A DNA stretch of 15,108 nt from Octopus sinensis (taxonomy: Eukaryota), in the NCBI RefSeq assembly GCF_006345805.1, contig NW_021825484.1, positions 1-15,108 of the forward strand, in the 5' to 3' direction. The notes below the pieces were generated by a model that saw only the letters and a list, made by a program, of their open reading frames with translations, searched no databases and was not told where the DNA came from. This document shows, in pieces, positions 10,976-15,108 of this stretch; the stretch's first letter is position 1, and every line of letters begins with the position of its first letter. The translations under genes were made by a program, and so were the position numbers.

Positions 10976-11048
10976 ATAGGGGAAATGGGATTATATATGT
11001 GTGTGTATATATATATATATATATACAAACATAGTCCTATTCCCCTAT
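10976..11048. repeat. Imperfect palindrome (fold-back) centred on (TA)n
   Basis: ataggggaaatggga at 10976-10990 pairs with tcctattcccctat at 11035-11048. Confidence 0.75.
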
Positions 11049-11444
11049 TTTTTATGTAAAATGAATTTACAAAAATGCTTTGTTTTACATAGTTACAATT
11101 TAAAAGCAATACAAACAAATTTAAATAATGAAAATGGTTTTTATCTTTGCTGGTGTTTCGAATACCTTTCAGCGTGATAATCGAAGCTGGGATGATGGAA
11201 ATCGTGTGGGGAACACTGTTGGACAAATAATCGTACTTGTAATTCGTGTTACTCATGAACAACGGTACTACACTGTATATACTCCGTTTATCTAACAATA
11301 GAAATATTGAATCAATTGAGGCAACGTCTATCGTCATCATGTGATCATGTGATTTTACTGAAGTGTGTAGGACTTCTTTCGTAAAAAAAGCTCTTTATGA
11401 AATTATGCAAGTGAAAATTTTAATTCCTTTCACAAGAAATAGTT

Positions 11445-11549
11445 TTGGAATATTATTGATTTAAATTCGGTTAATCTAGAGTAAATAATGCCGAATATGG
11501 CATCAATGCTGTTCTAAAATTTATATGTAAGCATATAATTTGCTTAGAC
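11445..11549 (+). repeat. Short dispersed repeat, copy 1 (paralogue of 13256-13349)
   Basis: 11471-11549 versus 13272-13349 is about 91% identical by manual alignment. Confidence 0.85.
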
Positions 11550-11559
11550 TCGTACATAC

Positions 11560-11702
11560 AGGTGTGAGTGTACGTGTGTGTATGTGTTTGTGTGTTTGTG
11601 TGTGCGTGTGTGTTTGTAAGTATATATACATATATATAATACATACACACAAATATATACAAACATACATATATATACATAGAAACATATATATACATAC
11701 AT

Positions 11703-11736
<34 letters not shown>

Positions 11737-11836
11737 TTATAGATTGATAGATAGAAAGATAGATTCATAGATAGATTCATAGATAGATAGATAGAAAGAT
11801 AGATTCATAGATAGATAGATAGATAGATAGATAGAC

Positions 11837-11900
<64 letters not shown>

Positions 11901-12122
11901 GATAGATAGACAGACAGACAGACAGACAGAAGCAGACAGATAGACACGCAGACAGACAGACAGACAGACAAATACACAGACAGACAGACAGACAGATAGA
12001 TAGATAGATAGATATAGATAGATAGATAGATAGATGATAGATAGATGATAGATATAGACAGACAGACAGACAGACAGATAGACAGGGGCCAGACAGACAG
12101 CAAAACAGACAGGCAGACAGAC

Positions 12123-12203
<81 letters not shown>

Positions 12204-12205
12204 TA
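11560..12205. repeat. (TG)/(TA) tract followed by ~500 bp of (GATA)n/(GACA)n
   Basis: Directly visible. Confidence 0.96.
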
Positions 12206-12975
12206 TGAATACAGACGTATGTACATAATAGATAATAGATAACAGATAAATGTATTTAGTCACTGTACCCATCTGTTTCCAATAACAACAAAGAAAGAAA
12301 ATGCTTTCATTAGCAGAAAACGAGACAGTGAAAAATCGAATAAAATTAACTTTGGAAAGTATTTGACACCAAAGATTATTATGACTAATGTTAACAAAAT
12401 GCTTCTGTTTACTAGTGTATAGAAATAGGAGAACGTATATAAATATACAAGGCGATTTCGTGAACACTTTCTAAGATATTCCTCGACATAAACATTTAGT
12501 AATCACACGCTCACATGTAATTATATGGGTGGGATATAGATGTTGTGTGCTAAGTGTTATGTTTCTTAAGTGACATTCTTGAAGACGCGAAACGAAATTG
12601 TGCAGAAATATACTTGCTTTTAAATAGGATATATTTAGTGTAAACGAACTCCCAAGAAATCCTTCCAGAAGAACACAGTTTACGACAGTGATAGACATGA
12701 GTCATATTAACAAACACCATTTCTGCTGAAGCCCCCCCCCCCAAAAAAAAAAGAAAAAGAAAAGAAATTGCTGCCTGGAAGATGTTTGTAAGCCATTCAA
12801 GAACACACAAAAACCGTTAGTTTCACTTCAGCATTTAAATTTCATTTGAGTCAAAATATGTTCGTCGCTTTGCAACCGCGAACTGTTCACTGACAGTCAG
12901 TAAAGAGGTCGCGGTTTCAAAGTGACAAAAATATTTCGACACAAATAATATTTAAGTATTTATTATTGGAATATT

Positions 12976-13251
12976 GGAGGCGCAATGGCGCAGTGGTTAG
13001 GGCAGCGGACTCGCGGTCGTAGGATCGCGGTTCGATTCCCAGACCGGGCGTTGTGAGTGTATATTGAGCGAAAATACCTAAAGCTCCACGAGGCTCCGGC
13101 AGGGGATGGTGGCGATCCCCGCTGTACTCTTTCGCCACAACTTTCTCTCACTCTTTCTTCTGTTGGCCTGCTCGCTTAGCCAGCGAAGCGCATTGTAACC
13201 AGCGATGTGTAGCACCATCTGATAGCCTGGTCGGTCACGGTGATCACGGAG
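12976..13251 (+). mobile_element. tRNA-derived SINE family C, tail type 2 (RTE-like tail), with 14-bp TSD
   Basis: A box tggcgcagtgg, B box ggttcgattcc; perfect TSD attattggaatatt at 12962-12975 and 13252-13265. Confidence 0.93.
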
Positions 13252-13255
13252 ATTA

Positions 13256-13349
13256 TTGGAATATTATTTACTTAATCTAGAGTAAATAATGACGAATATG
13301 GCCTCAATTCTCTCTAAAATTTACATGTAAGCATATAATTCGCTTAGAC
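13256..13349 (+). repeat. Short dispersed repeat, copy 2
   Basis: ttaatctagagtaaataatg...gtaagcatataatt.gcttagac is shared with 11471-11549. Confidence 0.85.
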
Positions 13350-13440
13350 ACATACATGTGCGCGTATGTGTATATATATATATGTATGTGTGAGTGTGTT
13401 TGTGTGTGCGCGTGTGTGTGTAGATTTAAATATATATAAA

Positions 13441-13765
13441 CTATTAAGGTGGCTACTTGCAATTTACAACCGAAAGGTGACAAGTATAGTCGTTACTAGC
13501 ATTGCTAGAAATAAGAGTCAAAACAACTCTTAGCCATGTGAGAGAACTTTTTAACGACTGACAAGGGAGACAAGCGAAATGGAGTCATATCAACGCTGAT
13601 TTCAGCTTTCATTAATGATCATTACTGACCCATTACCTCCTTTCTGTGGAAAAGCGTAGGCTCGAAACGTTAAAAACTTTTACACTTCCCGAGCGTTATA
13701 CTAATACATCTGTTTGTTGTCTACACCATCTGTCTTCGTCTTCTGTTTTTATTTTGTGAACTCTC

Positions 13766-13768
<3 letters not shown>
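13441..13768 (+). mobile_element. Probable Penelope-like terminal (pLTR) fragment
   Basis: Contains tttctgtggaaaagcgtaggctcgaaacgt, the CTG..GA-stem-CGAAACGT pattern typical of PLE ends; bounded by microsatellites. The left boundary is uncertain. Confidence 0.55.
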
Positions 13769-13800
<32 letters not shown>

Positions 13801-13803
<3 letters not shown>

Positions 13804-14012
13804 CTTGATCACCTTCACCGACCAGTCCGTCGGGCGTCCATTTGACACCGCTGGTTACAGTACACTGTCCACTCCTCTCTGGATCGTGCCTGTCTCATCC
13901 ACGTGATCCCAATCGTACTCCTGAAATCGTAACTCCACCGTCGTGGAGGCCTTCCGGGTGGTCGTTTCCGCTCGCGCGGGTACCACTCGACATCGACACG
14001 GGTCCGGTGAGA
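13801..14012 (-). mobile_element. RTE-clade LINE, 5'-truncated 3' end
   Basis: Minus-strand frame gives [41 protein letters not shown], typical of the RTE RT C-terminus (EWxPRxxKRxxGRPxxRWxDD...W...A..R..W); short 3' UTR followed by (AT)16 at 13769-13800. Confidence 0.88.
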
Positions 14013-14105
14013 TATACACACACCACACACACACACCACACACACACACAATACATATATAGTATATATATATATATATACACATATATATATACATATA
14101 TATAC

Positions 14106-14138
<33 letters not shown>

Positions 14139-14270
14139 TATACATATACATATATATATATATATTTAGAGAGAGAGAGAGAGAGAGAGAGTGTATACAC
14201 ACATATATATTATACATGTATATACATATATAACACACATATATAATTTTAATAGATATATACACAAAAA
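14013..14270. repeat. (CA)/(TA)/(GA) microsatellites
   Basis: Directly visible. Confidence 0.95.
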
Positions 14271-14839
14271 CACAATGCATGTATTGTCTGGATCTATTCG
14301 TTCGTGTATGTGCCCGTAATAATACGTACGCGTTTGTATGTGCATAATAAAAATTTCAAAATTAGATATGAACGAATTTTACCTAATCTTTAAACAACGC
14401 ACCTCATGCAACTCTATATACTCCACCAAAATAAACAACTCATAGTAATAAAGTCGGTATCCAGCTATCTTATTCTCGTTAGTCAATGTCGAATATACAT
14501 AATGTAGAAAAATCATGTTTCATATAACGTTTATAGATATGAAGGCTTGATTTATGTTCGTGAGGTAGGCAGGCATATACGATTCGGTTCTGTTTAATTT
14601 ATTGGTTAGTTTTGTTGGTTTTTATCGCCATCTTGTCTCTCCATTTCGTAACTGTTGTTGTTATTCATACTGTTGTTGGTGTTGTTGGTATTGTTGTTGT
14701 TGTTCTTATTGCTTTTACTCGCTCTTGTTTAGATGTAGTAGATTTTCATAATATAAATCATTTAACGTAAGATCAAAAAGATAGCCTCAACGTAAAAACA
14801 CGAATACACCTACACATATAAATATACACATAAAATATG

Positions 14840-15080
14840 AAATTATATATGTATATTGTGTGTGTATATATACATATATCTTAATGCTTGTGTGTATATG
14901 TATATATATATGTGTAATGTTTGTGTGTTAGTGTATATATATACATATATATATACGTAATATATATATATAATATATATTATATATGTATGTATGTATG
15001 TATATATACATATATATGTGTGTGTATTTATAATGCGTAGATACAAACATATGTATTGATATATGTATATATGTGGGGGT
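14840..15080. repeat. (TA)/(TG) microsatellite-rich tract
   Basis: Directly visible. Confidence 0.93.
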
Positions 15081-15108
15081 ATTGATATATACTAACAATA
15101 ATATTTAT

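Noticed and set aside
10921-11340. 139-aa minus-strand ORF with faint resemblance to a Helitron Pif1 motif
   Set aside because: Similarity is too weak to distinguish from chance, and the ORF runs through a microsatellite.
11471-12467. ORFs of 75-220 aa with YLSI repeats
   Set aside because: Read-through of (GATA)n/(GACA)n arrays.
12976-13050. Possible tRNA gene
   Set aside because: A and B boxes are present but the anticodon and acceptor stems do not pair, and the sequence continues into a SINE body bounded by TSDs.

Overview
AT-rich, repeat-saturated eukaryotic non-coding DNA, either intronic or intergenic. I recognise the repeat families from memory as octopus/coleoid cephalopod; this is not database-checked. 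No intact protein-coding gene is supported, and nearly all listed ORFs are microsatellite read-through. The window holds: (1) about nine copies or fragments of a tRNA-like SINE 'family A', five units in a head-to-tail chain at 4816-5886; (2) a second tRNA-derived SINE 'family C' with one shared head and different 3' tails, two copies carrying perfect 14-bp target-site duplications; (3) a decayed CORE-type SINE; (4) a ~555-bp non-coding element 'B' embedded in (ATT)n; (5) 5'-truncated 3' ends of an R4/Dong LINE and an RTE LINE; (6) a Penelope-type terminal fragment with a decayed hammerhead-ribozyme motif; (7) a Helitron-like non-autonomous 5' end and a tiny fold-back element. The most informative observation is that the SINE at 12976-13253 and the RTE LINE at 13799-14012 share their 3' termini, which points to a SINE-LINE partnership visible within one window. 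I found no evidence of a new gene system.
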